Both the position numbers and the translations under genes were made by a program. From Elsinoe ampelina (Eukaryota), in NCBI GenBank assembly GCA_010093995.1, contig ML992505.1:473433-537432 (forward strand): a stretch of DNA of 64,000 nt. The letters run 5' to 3'. Shown here one piece after another: positions 1 through 12,724 of this stretch. Every line of letters begins with the position of its first letter. Position 1 is the stretch's first letter. The notes under the pieces were generated by a model. That model was not told the DNA's origin. It saw only the letters and a list, made by a program, of their open reading frames with translations, and ran no database searches.

Positions 1-609
1 TCCCGTCTGACTTGGGACGCCCGTGGAGGCGACACACTGCTGTGCTCGAAGTAAGTCATCGGTATCTGCCGTCGATATGTTACTGACTGATACTTAGCCC
101 GCCCGCCTGGGCTTCCACTGTCAAGAACTACAAGCTCTGGAGGTTGATGAATGTAAGCTATGGTCTACATTGTAGCACAGATGGTCTTGCTAAAGTTCCG
201 ACAGCAAGAAAGACTCATCAGCACAGAGTACTTGATCAGGGACGTCGACGTGGTCGCGTACCAACAACTCGACAACCCGGGCGTGATAGCTGTCGGCGGT
301 GGAGGTGATGGTGGAGGAGATATCATCACCGATGAAGCGGCAAGCACGCAAGCCCGAATGACACTGATGACAGCCCTGAGCAGTCCTGGAGAGAACGCTT
401 TGGCTCAGAAGATCAGAGACTATTATATTTCCAGCAAGCTTGATGGACCTGGTAAGATTGAGGAGTACAATCAGTTCATCAAGAAGAATTTCCCTGATGA
501 GGAGTCGACGTTGATCACTCAAGGGACCTTGTATGGCGGAACTACCATAGATCAGCGAGTTGGGCTAGGCCTGTTCATGGTCACCAAGGGCGTCCTCCGC
601 TTCAATTGA
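1..609 (+). CDS. 3' part of an intron-containing gene of unknown function, truncated by the window edge
   Basis: GTAAGT..TAG intron 51-97 and GTAAGC..CAG intron 153-204 lead into an open terminal exon 205-609 (QERLISTEYL...GVLRFN*). No recognisable motif. Confidence 0.5.
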
Positions 610-1066
610 GTCGCGTTAATGTAGTCACTTCTCTTGCTTTGATACAATAAAGTCCCTTCACGTTGTGCCTCCTACCAATCGTCCTTCCATCAGTGCTGGC
701 GCCACGCTCCCAGTGACTTGGTCAGCGTCCAGACTTCTCCAACCACCGAAGCAAAGCGTGTATACCAACAGTGCATGACATGGATGTGCTGTCATTCTTT
801 TGATCGTAAATTCCGAGCAGCAAATGTATGTATCGGTGGTGTGAAGAGAGGATGAATCAAGCCTGACTGATTGAGCCAAGTTTGGCGAGCCGCGGGACGT
901 CGTCATCATCATTTGCTGCGGTCACTTGATCCTTGTCCTATTCCCATGTCGACTTGGATGTTCGCGGCCATGTACATACTGTATTCTTCTCATCGTTCGT
1001 TATGACAAATATGAGTATCCCACCACACGCCCTGCCACCAATCTAATTCTCCAACAAACCTCCACC

Positions 1067-2557
1067 ATGCCGGCGCGCAACTCCCGACCAAAGTCCTTAC
1101 TGGAGAGCCGACAAGCAGTAAACAAATGGTGCGCACTTATCATACCACTCGTGCTGATCGGAATCGTCGGCTACGCGACATGGGTTTTCATCGTCCAAGT
1201 CTGCGGTACGCACATCCTCCCCCAACCACCCAAACACCCTCACTAACACCACCCAGTCAACCACTTCCTCACCCCCTCCACCGCCGACAACGTCCCCCCC
1301 CGGCCCGGCGCCGCCATAGCCTGCATAACCATCTACCTCCTCCTCCTCCTCCCCATGAGCGTCTGCTACTTCCGCACCGTGTTCCTCACCCACCTCAACC
1401 CAGGGTACATCCCCCAGGGCACCCCCAACCACACCCTCCGCCAAACCTTCGTCGAAGAACCGCGCGCCGACATCGAATGGCCCTGCGCCTCCACCACCAC
1501 CGGCGCAGACGACGACGCCGAGAAACGCGCCACGAAGAAAAAGGACGTGCCGGGGTGGTACATCTCCACGCTTGATCTGGAGGGGATATTCCGGGGAGAC
1601 ATCGCGCCTCCGTCCGGGATGGAGGAGTTCTACAAACGGGACGTGTTCCAGTGCGACCCCAATGGGTTGCCGATCTGGTGTGGGACATGCAGGAATTGGA
1701 AGCCGGATCGGGTGCACCACTGCTCTGACGTGGGGCGGTGCGTGTGGAAGTTGGATCATTTTTGTCCGTGGGTGGGAGGGGTGGTGGGGGAGACGAATTT
1801 CAAGTTTTTCGTGCAGTTCAATGGGTATGCGGCGTTGTTCACGGCGTATATCACTGTTGTTATGGCGGTGGTGATTGCGGAGCAGGCGAGGAGGGGGAGG
1901 GGGTTGGAGAGGGTGACTTGGGTGGTGTTGGTGGCGTTGAGTGGGTTGTTCTTGATGTTTACGGGGGGTATGGTGGGGAAGAGTCTGCAGGATATGCTTA
2001 TGGGACTGACGACGGTGGATGCGATTGATGCGGCGAAGAGGACGGTGTTCTTGGCGGTGAAGCTGAAGGGGGGCCAGAGGACGCCCGTCCCGCCGGTGGA
2101 AGGGAAGAGGGACCTCAGTATACCGTGGCAAGGGACTATTGCGTACCCTTTCGTTGCAAAGGGCCAAACGCTGGACAGGCCGAGGGAGACGTTTGCTATT
2201 CTTTGCACGCCGCCAGGTCTGAATCCGTGGGATCAGGGGAATGCCGCGAACTGGAGGTCGGTCATGGGGGAACGATGGTATGATTGGCTGCTGCCGGTGA
2301 AGATGTCGCCTTGTTGCGATCACAGTAGCTTGGAGAGCATGTACCCACTGGGGTTGCGGTTTGGCGAGCTCCTCGAAGACGCGGGGATAGAGACGGCGGC
2401 AGTGGATGAGGATCGAAGAGGGCGGCGGCGACATAAGCATTCGGGCAGGTCGGAGAAGCATGGACATGAGCATAGGCACAAGCATAGGAGGCATCATGAA
2501 CTTGAGCACGGGACAGGGAAGAAACACAGAGGAGACACAGCGAGTTCTTCGACTTGA
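1067..2557 (+). CDS. PFA5: DHHC palmitoyltransferase, Pfa5-like
   Basis: ATG 1067 (MPARNSRPK), intron 1206-1256 (GTACG..CTAAC..CAG). Cys-rich domain WCGTCRNWKPDRVHHCSDVGRCVWKLDHFCPWVGG has the DHFC variant typical of Pfa5; four TM segments; NPWDQG motif. Confidence 0.85.
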
Positions 2558-2909
2558 TCAGTCAGTACATAGGATCAGAGCGCTTTTCGAGATACCCCAG
2601 AATTGATTTTGTAACAAATGACTCCCTATAATTTCTTTCATTGCCACGCCGCGCATGAATTGCTGACGCGACCCTTTTCTTGGCCACCAGCCGCAGCTCC
2701 TCCAGCGCCGAGATGAAGCTATCCTCTAACACCTTCAACCTATCCCAGCCAAACACAATTTCCACTCCACAACACATCCAATCCGATCGCTCCAGCCCTC
2801 CCATCAACTCACCTGCCATGCGCCACCTCTCTTAACAACCACCCCACCGATCCCAGCCAAGCAACACCACCCAACCCTGCGCGCCCACTTCCCTCCCTAA
2901 CCCCCCAAC

Positions 2910-4250
2910 ATGTCCACCCCCAACCTAACCTCCTACCTCCTCGACGCCCTCTGGTCCCTAACACAATGCCTCTCCTGCTTCCCCACCTCCCCACTCCTCA
3001 CCCTCAACTCCAAACCCTACAAAATCCTCCGCCTGCTGGGCGAAGGCGGCTTCTCCTACGTCTACCTGGTGCAATCGCCTCCATCCCCGCAACTCTACGC
3101 CCTCAAGAAAATCCGCTGCCCCTTTGGCGCCGAGTCGGTGCGGCAGGCGATGAAGGAGGTGGAGGCGTATAAGTTGTTCGAGGGGTCGGGGTTTATCATC
3201 AATAGCGTGGATCACGCGGTGGTGGCGGACAAGGGGGCGAGGAGTGGTGGGTTTGGCGCGGGGAGCGGTGATGAGGGGGCGAAGACGGTGTATATCTTGC
3301 TTCCGTATTATAGGAGGGGGAATTTGCAGGATGGGATTAATGCGAATCTTGTCAATGGGAGTCGGTTCCCGGAGAGGCGGTTGATGGTTTTGTTCAAGGG
3401 GGTGTGTGAGGGGTTGAGGGAGATGCATGAGTATCGGGTGCGCAAAGGGGGGAGGAAGAAGGCGAGAGGGGTGAGGAGGGAGGTGGAACGGGAAGGGGGT
3501 GCGAGGACGGGTCACGAGGATAGGGAGGAGCAGGGGGAGGGGTTTCTGGAGAACGAAGCGGGACTGGCGAGTGACGGGAGGGAGGAGGGGGAGGTGATGA
3601 GTTATGCGCATAGGGATATTAAGCCTGGTGAGTTGGATAATTGAGAGTGGCAGGGGTGACGCTGACGGGGATTAGGGAATATTATGATCTCGGACGACGG
3701 TACGACGCCGGTGCTTATGGATCTGGGATCGTTGTCGCCTTCACCGACGCCGATCACGTCGAGGGCACTTGCGCTGCAGGTCCAGGATACCGCGGCCGAG
3801 CACTCGACTATGCCGTACCGTGCGCCCGAACTCTTCGACGTGAAAACTGACACGGTGATCGATACCAAGGTTGATATCTGGTCTCTGGGATGCACGTTGT
3901 ACGCTTGTCTGGTGGGCAAATCCCCGTTCGAAGCGCGGAGTGAAGAGACGGGGGGCAGTCTGAGTTTGTGTGTGTTGGGAGGCGATTGGCGGTTCCCAGA
4001 CGATGATGCGAATGGGAGCGTGAAGAGTAGGGGAAAGCAGGCTGTGAGTCCAGGAGGGGCGGGGCAGGCGAATGGGAGTGCTGAGGGAGCGAGGAAGGGC
4101 GCGGGGATAAGTGAGAGTGTCAAGGAGGTGGTGAGGAAGTGCTTGAGAGTGGAGCCAAGTGAGCGGCCGGATGTGGGCGAGTTGATACGATTGGTGGATG
4201 AAGTGATAGAGGGATTGCCAGAGGATGAGAATGGGGTTGTAGATGATTAG
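2910..4250 (+). CDS. ENV7: NAK-family Ser/Thr kinase, Env7/STK16-like
   Basis: LGEGGFSYVYL, ALKKIRC, HRDIKPG|NIM across intron 3628-3675, MDLGS, TMPYRAPELF, DIWSLGC; N-terminal CLSC. Confidence 0.85.
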
Positions 4251-4537
4251 GGGGAGAGTGTGTATATTTCTTGGTTGTGTAAGAGTTTAGCATGTTGAAC
4301 AATATTACAGCGCCAGGGTCAGCGATGGCGAGGTGTGCATTTCGCTTAATCTGGACTCAAGTGTAATGAGGTGTTTTGGATCTTGGTATGGCTTGATTGA
4401 ATAATGTTATACAAAGACTTAGGTATCTATGCGAATCGCAGCGGCCAAATCGGTAACGTAACTGAGGAAAGTCTCACAGGTCGTTAAGTGATGTGTTGCG
4501 TACTGATATCCTCCTCTTATCGTGATGCATCAACAGA

Positions 4538-5878
4538 TCATGCGCTGTTGACCAATGCGACCACAAGCTTCTTAAAATCACCGCTCGTCTCGCCTTCGAC
4601 CCTCCTGGCCAGATCTTGCTTGTAGAAGTGCTTATATGCAGCTTTGGCCTGCGCCATCCTCTGCTTGTCCCAATGTATCCGCACAAGGCGCTGGACGAGA
4701 AGACTGTCCTTGGTGCCCATGCCCTTCATGGTAGCCTCGAGCAAGTCTGCATCGTGCTTTGCTCTATCGCTTGCAGCGTTAAGCATGAACAGTAGAGCAT
4801 CCTCCATGTGTCCCGAAAACTCCTTCTTGATCACTTCTTCCAAGCTCCTATGATATTTCTGCTTGTACCCTTGGCTGATCGCACGAAGCTGACCGTCTGA
4901 TCGACTGGAGAAAATCGAGCATACAGTGATCTGATCTGCGCCGCGTTGTCCTTCGGTAGCGCGGTATAGTTCTTGGACATCCTGATCGATTTGCTGGGGA
5001 ATGACTGGTGCTGACTCCTCGTTGCGGCGAGCCGCGAGGACCATGGTGAACAGTCGTTCCGTCTTCAATGAAAGGTCGCCTTTGACGTCAGCTTCCAGAT
5101 TGCGGCCCTTAGTCACCTTCGTGTACGCCTGCTTGATGGCGTTGAGGTCAGCGTTACTCCGCCCTAGGACGACGTCGTTAAGCACGCTCTCTTTAGTTCC
5201 GAGGCCTTTGATCGCAATTTCCAGGTTATACGCGTCTGATTCCAGAGGCCCACGTGCGATGGCCAGCAAACCTTCTTCGAAATAGCCAGACGTCTCGTCC
5301 TTGATATCCTTTTCCAAGTCTCGTCTTAAATTCTTCTTGAAGAAGCCATTCACATTTAGAGCTTGAATGGGATCCAACGGGACCAGCGCTGCGATCAAGC
5401 GCTTCTCATCTGTACCGAAGCCCTTCATCGCTGCACGTGCCTCATTCGCTTGGTAGGAACAATCGATACTTGGGATCTGGCCATAGCCAGGCGACGGTTG
5501 TGCGGGAAACCCGGCTCCAGCTGGAGGTTGACCGTATGAGCCCGGTGGTGGTCCACCCGGCGGCGCGCCATATCCGCCATGTTGGGGCGCACCTGGGCCT
5601 GCTTGTCCGTAATAGCCCTGGTTCGCAGGAGGTGGTGGTTGGCCGTAGCCGGGCTGTTGACCGCCGTATGGCTGTTGTTGAGGTGCGCCGTACTGGCCAG
5701 CAGGAGGGTGTCCATACGGAGGAGCGCCAGGAGGTGGAGGATAGCCTCCCTGCGGTGCGCCGTATTGACCTGGAGGTGGGCCTCCGTATTGGCCTTGTTG
5801 AGGTGGATACGGCGATTGACCTGGCGGCGGGCCTTGCGGTGGTGGATAGCCCTGATTTCCGTAATACTGATGCGACAT
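4538..5878 (-). CDS. Annexin with G/P/Q/Y-rich N-terminal low-complexity head (annexin A7/A11-like)
   Basis: Start MSHQYYG at 5878; four annexin repeats (MKGFGTDE, IKGLGTKE, EGQRGADQ, MKGMGTKD; ETSG motifs). Confidence 0.92.
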   Translation of the reverse strand: MSHQYYGNQGYPPPQGPPPGQSPYPPQQGQYGGPPPGQYGAPQGGYPPPPGAPPYGHPPAGQYGAPQQQPYGGQQPGYGQPPPPANQGYYGQAGPGAPQHGGYGAPPGGPPPGSYGQPPAGAGFPAQPSPGYGQIPSIDCSYQANEARAAMKGFGTDEKRLIAALVPLDPIQALNVNGFFKKNLRRDLEKDIKDETSGYFEEGLLAIARGPLESDAYNLEIAIKGLGTKESVLNDVVLGRSNADLNAIKQAYTKVTKGRNLEADVKGDLSLKTERLFTMVLAARRNEESAPVIPQQIDQDVQELYRATEGQRGADQITVCSIFSSRSDGQLRAISQGYKQKYHRSLEEVIKKEFSGHMEDALLFMLNAASDRAKHDADLLEATMKGMGTKDSLLVQRLVRIHWDKQRMAQAKAAYKHFYKQDLARRVEGETSGDFKKLVVALVNSA

Positions 5879-6928
5879 GATAATGGTGTTGTAGAGAGAG
5901 AAGAAGAAGCGATCTAGGTGGGGTAGCGGGGTCCTTATACCAAGGACCGGGAGCTTGAGCTCTGTAGATTTTGTGGCTGAGTGTCGTAGGCGTGCCGTTG
6001 TAAGCAAGGAGCTAAATGTTGGTGTACCGTTGATGTCTTAAAGTGGTGGCAGGTGCAGATGTACTGTAGCTGAACAGATAATCAAGTGCGTTCTTACCAA
6101 AACTTACAGTCCGTCCTTTCCGCCTACTTACCTCACCGGATCCCGTCGCATCTACGGGACATGGCTCATGTACGCGTAGTACCAAGGCGCCATCTCTGCA
6201 GACTAGCGGTAGATGATGGGAATAAGGTTGTGTATTGATGGCGACACAAGAAGGATGCAAGGACGGGTCGCAAAACGGGACACTGTGACGAAAGCGGGGC
6301 AAGGCTGTGCAACACTCTTGGACGACAATCTGCGGCTGAGCAACCTGCAGCCACTCTCTTTGCCATCATTCGCCAGCAAGGGCAGGCCAAGGCAGCCTTC
6401 GGCCACGCCCAATGCGTTCTTCTATCCTCGTCTCCAATTCAGCAGCACAGAGATACCACATCCACGTTCTGAAGGATTGTGCATTGAGCCACTCGATACT
6501 CATCGCTATGGCCAACAACAAGCACGTTTGGGAACTTCAAAAAGCACTGGTATTCCCTTGCTGGATAAGAATCATCGACTTCCATTGCGTATTGTGTGTC
6601 AGCGTCAACTCCAGCACGCAGAAGGTTTCCAGACCTCTCTTAAGTGATGCATAAGTAAGTGAAACATCAAAAACCCGCAGACGAAAAATGCTGCTCGATG
6701 GGCAGCGTGCAAGATCTGCGACTACTGCATGCGCGACGGCGGCTTGAATACTAGGCTTGTCTGGTCCAATCACGATGGATAGGAGAGCCAGCATCTAAGC
6801 GCCTGGCACCCACGCTGCTTTTCTCACGAGGGTCAAATACTGTTCAAAACAATCCCATCTCGCAGGTATACCATGGTGGCTCCAGATCCACCTTCCCATG
6901 CTGTCTTCGCCTTCGTGGTGCTTGTGCC

Positions 6929-9900
6929 ATGGAGGTCGCCGCAGGCCTGCAAGTCGCTTGCAATCTCATTGAAATTATCAAAACGACAAGAGACGTCATC
7001 ACTATTGGCCAGCTCATTCGCAAGGGAGGAGCTGTCAGCCACTCATTATTGCAGGAGGCACAAAATCTTCGTCGAACCAGCGAAAGGCTACAATTAACAT
7101 TACAACCGGTATCAAGTACCAGCGACCCAGGCGAGCTCGCACTTATATCCCAGTGCCAAGCGCTGTCGAAATGTGCATCAGAATTCGAGATAGAGGCTGG
7201 GAAGTATTCGAAGTCGCAATCGGTCAAGAAGTCCAGTATATGGACATCCTGGAAACAGTCTAGCCGCTACGTCATTAGCGGCAGAGACAAACTCGCAGAG
7301 CTGAGCGCCCAATTGCAGAGGCACGAGCAGCATCTGAGCATGCAGGTCAATTTGCGATTGAGGTCAGTCGTGCGGATGCTGATCAGATATAAGCTGACTG
7401 GCAAGCCAACACTCGGATGAATTGCGACTCGACCACAAAACATCATCCGCCCAGATCGACCTTGTACTTTCGAAAGTCTCGGAGATCCAAATCGACTTGA
7501 AGAACAATAGGAATCAACGAACGCATCGAACACGTGATATAGAGGACAGGATGCTACTTCGGAAAGTATTGACCAGTCTCCATTTCCAGCAGATGCAGAG
7601 CAGGAAGGACTCAATTCAGACAGCTTATCACCAGACCTTCGAATGGGCCTTGATCCACCATAACGATTCACTGTCCTGGGACTGCCTGCCCTCGTGGATT
7701 AGCAATACCTCTTGTAGAGCTTATTGGGTCTGTGGTAAGCCTGGGGTCGGGAAGAGCACTTTTATGAGATTTATCGAGACTCACGACCTGCTTCAGACTC
7801 TTCTTGCATCGGTACAGCCAGGACGAACATTCGGCGTCGTCTCATATTACTTCTGGAGAGCTGGCATGTCGCTCCAAGCGTCTCGAGTCGGAGCTTTGCG
7901 GACTCTCTGCCACGGTATCATCTCTCAACACACTGGATGTGCAACAACGGTATTTGGGCCGCATTTCGAGGAAGATGACTGGACCTACCAGCGGCTTTGC
8001 AAGACATTCAAGCGTCTGGTCGAAGCAACGACATGCTCTTGGCTAATCTTCATCGATGCCTTGGATGAATGCCTAGATGATCGTGAAGATCTTGATGGGT
8101 TCCTGGTCTTCCTTGAAAGTGTAGAGAAGTGCCGCGTGATATATAGTAGCCGACCAGAGCAGCGCTTCGAGAGTCGTTTTGCGCAAACAAAATCGCTCCG
8201 TCTCCAGGATCTGACCAGGAAGGACATCGAAATGTATCTCCAAGGCCGACTCCACGGTCCCCTGGAGTCAGCAAACCATATCGATGAGGTACGCAAAGAC
8301 ATGATCCTCCAAGCACTCGCCGACCGTGCTGAGGGAGTCTTTCTATGGGCACGATTGGCTACGACTTCAATGACGGAGCGATTGGAAGCTCTCGAGACCT
8401 TCGAAGAGATCATTGCAAGCATGGACGAAATGCCTGCGGATCTTGATGACATGTTCGCAGCCATGATGGACAGACTTCCAGACCGGTACCGAAAAGAAGC
8501 GCACGTCTATTTCCATCTTCTTATCGCAGCCAAAGATGCGGGTATGCAGATTTCTTTGCTTCAAACGGCGACCGCGGATCTTCTTTGCCAACATCTTCGA
8601 GGGCCCCCACGTAGGTCGCTCAGGCTTGCAGATCTGAAGGAGCACAAAATAAATGTGACGACGTTCCTGCGAATACGCTGTGCGGGTCTCCTCGAGGTTC
8701 GCAAGCATGAAGAACATGAACCCCGCCGAGGATATTATGTCGATTTCATACATCGCTCCGCATACGATTATGTGATCGGGCGAGCTGATAATCACCATCA
8801 GAATGTGGTAGACTTCAACCCTTACGAACTGTTGATTCGCACACAGATTCAACTCCTTGAGTATGCGGAGGTCGACGTCGAAGCGGCGGCCACGGTGGAG
8901 TTGTATAGGATCCCGCAGACATTCGAGCGGCTGAGGGGAGAGCCCTTAGTGTCACTGAGAAGCCTTCGAAAAGATCTTGATGAAGCTGGTCAAGCTTTCA
9001 TGGATCGTCGGAACCTTCTGACCGATTGCTGGCACGATCCTGCTGTATGGATCAACGAGCTGCGCGCCCCGGCAGACGAAGTGGTCACCCATTGCTGCAG
9101 ACGACAGCAAAGTGATCGAACCGACTCATTTAGGAGCTCACCAGTGAATCAGACGCCTCTCAGGTCAGTGAAGAAGTCAAGTGCGGAGCACATACTACCA
9201 TCGGGTGCCTGGAGTGGTCTTATCATCAGCTTGGAAGGGTACCTCTCAAGTTTGGGATTCGTAGAGCTGATACGAGATATCCTGCCCGGGTGCGACACCA
9301 ACGAATCAACATACCTGGCCCTCTGTTGTGTTCACATGTGGCGACGACTGCTCCTGGATGGCGAGAACTTTGTGCCTGGTCAATCGCTGCGTATGCTGTC
9401 AGTGTTGCTAGAACGTGGTGTCGATACCAGTCTGTCCACGGAGGACGTGATATCTCACAAGGCCCCCGAGTGTAATCAGATCTGGTCTTCCCCATCACAT
9501 ACACTATTCTCTATGGTCGCCGACACAATCATCCTTCTCTCTCAAGACAAAAGCGATGACCCAGATGCTTGGGAGCAGACCGATCATGGATTAGGTCTCA
9601 TGACTGTCGTTGACGAGTGTACCTCCATGCTAGCTATACTGTGCCTGCACGGAGCCTATGACAATCTTGGCCGCCGAGTGGTCAACCTTCCACTGGAGAA
9701 AATCACAGGAATCCAGCAGCACCTCGAGACAAGGCTTCAAGTCTTCGTCAACCTCACTGCATATGCTTGCATGTTGGCTTCAAATGATCAAATTTGGGAG
9801 CGACTGGCCAACATCTGCTGGACTCAAGACCCGAACGTTGTTGTCAAATTTTACAATCTTACAAGCGCACATGGCGTTGCCGACTCGGGGGCAGGAGAAC

Positions 9901-10106
9901 AGCTGTGTCTACCTAGTCGCACCTGTTCTCCAGAACCTATCGAAGGTCTCGTTACCCTTGTCAATCTCAGTGGTAGTCCGCATTGTCCATTCCAGCCGAA
10001 AGATGGTGCCAGAATTGATTTGCGAGAAAGGATCAAGGAGTACGTTGCGAAGCGCCTTGGTGGTGACATCTCCGCCGATACATTGGCTGGGGGGCTGATG
10101 AAGTAG
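6929..10106 (+). CDS. NACHT-domain STAND / NLR-like protein with N-terminal helical (SesA/HeLo-like) domain
   Basis: Intron 7363-7405 (GTCAGT..GCTGAC..AAG) joins the two ORFs in frame. TFEWAL, Walker A GKPGVGKST, Walker B LIFIDALDEC, SSRPE, LQDLT, AEGVFLWARL, VDFIHRSAYDY. Confidence 0.85.
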
Positions 10107-10618
10107 AGGGACACATAACCTGCCCATCACGTAGGTCATACTCGGACGAGAAATTGGAACGCACTCGCTCTGCCGGCAAATGGTCTTCCAGCAACACCTT
10201 CTGGAGCGGTCTGGTAGTATCATCTGTGCTTACACCCTGGCTAACCACCAGATCGTACAAAATGAGCACGCACGCCGGTTTCTATGAGCACTGATACTGG
10301 GACAACGGATGCTATTCGACTCCCAAGGAGATCGCTCTACACAACTAAGCGAAGCAGGACGAAGTCGACCGTCCTCCAGCTGCCGGATGGCGTGAGACCG
10401 AGCTCTGCAAGGCTGGGCGAGCACCATGATGGTGTTGTCGTGAAGGTCCGGTGACAGACGCCATGCAGCTACCCTGCTGGCGCTGCCTTACGCCAATATC
10501 CCAAGGTATCGGTCAGAAAGATGGGCATTCAGACTCTATGAACAGACAAGTTTTTCAATACAAATGATACAAATCTCTATGTACAAATTCATTTTCCCCT
10601 CACCCTCTATCTTCCTGT

Positions 10619-12415
10619 TCACCACAGCTCCCAAATCCTATCCGGCAGCACCGTCCTCATAATTTTCCAATGCCTCTTCGCACTCTCCAACTGATGCTTC
10701 CCATACGCCCCAATATCCTTCTTGGTCAGCACCTTGATCTTCTCCCCCTCCATCTCCTGCGCCGATGGGAAGGGTAACTCATTCTGCGGATCCGGATCCA
10801 AATGACGCTTTCTTGACAACGAGCTCAGAAAGTCCTTCTCGTTCGCCTTGCGGAAGATGGGCTTCTTCTTGTCGTGCTTGGAGTTGGGATGCAGGCAGAA
10901 GACGACCATGTTGGAGAAGCGGGTGGTTTCGTCGTTGGGGTCCTCTGGGGCTAGGTCGCGGAAGATGCGGCAGCGGCCGTTGAAGACGGTGCTGATCGTG
11001 TTGAGGACTTGTTTGGTGGGTGGTTGGGTGATGTCGCCCGCGTAGTTGATGGCGATGACGCCGTCGACGGAGAGGAGGTTGCGGAGATTTTTGACAAAGG
11101 TCTCAGTAAAGAGGGCGAGGGGCTCAGCGCCGCCGGTGAAGACATCGTGGAGGATGAAGTCGTATTTGTTGCGATAGGTTGCGTCCAGAGCACGGCGGGA
11201 GGTCCAAGTGACGGCGTCTTGAAGGTGGGCGGTGATGTTCTTGGGCATGTCGAAATACTTGACGGCGTAGTCATAGACCACAGGATCAAGCTCGACGATG
11301 GTCGTGTCAATGCCATGGGCAGACAGAGCTTTCGGAGCTGTGCCAATGCCGAGGCCAATGACCAGAGCTTGCTTCTCCGAGTCTTTCTTTGTCGGGTTGA
11401 TTGTCTCCACAAGGCGGACTGCTTCCAGGATTTCGAAGACGGCATATATCGGCTCCGTACCGGTCACACCTTCCGATCTCATTTGATCGTTAAGGATCCA
11501 CTCGCCACCGAGAAGAGAGTGGTCACATCGCAGAACCCGAAACGCGGGATTGCTGTTCTCCAAAACTGATACGTAACCAGTGACAGACTCCTTGCGATCC
11601 AAGAGCTTCCAACCAATGACCTCGAGGTCGTTGGACAAGCCTTGTGTTGTCTTCTGCCACTGTAGCTGAGGATTGTACTGCATATTATACCAGATCGCAG
11701 GGAGTGCTGTGAATGCAATTTGAGGAGTCGACTGGACTAGACCTAGCGCGGATGTGCCGAGGTAGAGCCATACACGAGTCAGGAAGTCCGAGTATTTTGG
11801 CAAATCTACAAGGTACCCTGTAATGATGGTTTCCGAGGACGTAACGGCGATGTATGCTCCAATAGCTGGTATTAGATAGAAGTACGGTTTGTCCTTGAAG
11901 ACCTTAAGGACACTCAGCTCTTCAGCTGCACAAAGAGCACTGAGGAAGACGAATGGAAATAGGGAGATCATTTCCGTCAACAGAGGGCCAAGAGTCGGAC
12001 CCAGTGAGGCGCTGTATTTGAACAGCTGCTTCTGTAGAAGAGGAATATAAAAAGGTATGAGGGGGAGGTAGAGCTTCAGGCGAGGGATTTTGATCTGAGG
12101 GAAGGTGGGCTTGAGCATGAATCCAAAGAGAAGACCCGAGGATAAGATCCTTTTATGCTGGTCCGCAGCTATGATGGAGCCATACACCGGGCCGAGCATG
12201 AGCTGCGAAAGAGCTCCATGTAGAGCCGTGAAGTAGACATAGTAGAAGCTCAAAATGATTGCTGAAAACGTATCTTCCTCTGGAGGTAGCGCTGTACTCG
12301 ACTTTGTTGGAGTCGGCTCTGCCTTCTTTGATTTCGATGAGGGTGTTTGCCTCAGGTCCACGGGCTTCGATGGGATGGCTTCTGCCTTGACTTCTTGCTT
12401 CTTCTTGTTGGCCAT
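10619..12415 (-). CDS. Membrane-anchored spermidine-synthase-like class I SAM-fold protein
   Basis: N-terminal multi-TM region; RVLRCDHSLLGG, ALVIGLGIG (motif I), VELDPVV, YDFILHDVFTGG. Confidence 0.75.
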   Translation of the reverse strand: MANKKKQEVKAEAIPSKPVDLRQTPSSKSKKAEPTPTKSSTALPPEEDTFSAIILSFYYVYFTALHGALSQLMLGPVYGSIIAADQHKRILSSGLLFGFMLKPTFPQIKIPRLKLYLPLIPFYIPLLQKQLFKYSASLGPTLGPLLTEMISLFPFVFLSALCAAEELSVLKVFKDKPYFYLIPAIGAYIAVTSSETIITGYLVDLPKYSDFLTRVWLYLGTSALGLVQSTPQIAFTALPAIWYNMQYNPQLQWQKTTQGLSNDLEVIGWKLLDRKESVTGYVSVLENSNPAFRVLRCDHSLLGGEWILNDQMRSEGVTGTEPIYAVFEILEAVRLVETINPTKKDSEKQALVIGLGIGTAPKALSAHGIDTTIVELDPVVYDYAVKYFDMPKNITAHLQDAVTWTSRRALDATYRNKYDFILHDVFTGGAEPLALFTETFVKNLRNLLSVDGVIAINYAGDITQPPTKQVLNTISTVFNGRCRIFRDLAPEDPNDETTRFSNMVVFCLHPNSKHDKKKPIFRKANEKDFLSSLSRKRHLDPDPQNELPFPSAQEMEGEKIKVLTKKDIGAYGKHQLESAKRHWKIMRTVLPDRIWELW

Positions 12416-12724
12416 TTATACAGATGTGACAATGGAGGTCCAGCTCCAGCTCCAATTGGGATGTGTGACAGGGATTGATCTTAGCAAATAGCAATCATGA
12501 TGATTGAGCAAGGAAATGGTCGACCAGATTCCGATCTCCAAGCATGTGAAGTTAAAGAGAGGTGGACCCTGCAGGTCCCGGCGATTGAGTTGCGGCTCGT
12601 TTGAGGCTGGAAGCAGCTTAGCGTCAACCTTAAGCTCCGTTGCTCCGCCGCTTTTGTTTTCGAATGTCAACGTCGACTTCATACAAATTCCAGCTTTTCT
12701 CACTAATCTGGCAGCGCACTGTAC

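Noticed and set aside
1097..2527. Long antisense and overlapping ORFs (e.g. 476 aa here; also 43952-44992, 49262-50179, 57844-58659)
   Set aside because: Shadow ORFs produced by the GC-rich skewed codon usage of real genes; low-complexity translations with no motifs.
5520..5878. Annexin G/P/Q/Y head as an amyloid-signalling partner of the divergent NLR
   Set aside because: This is the normal N-terminus of A7/A11-type annexins, and no matching motif is visible at the NLR N-terminus.
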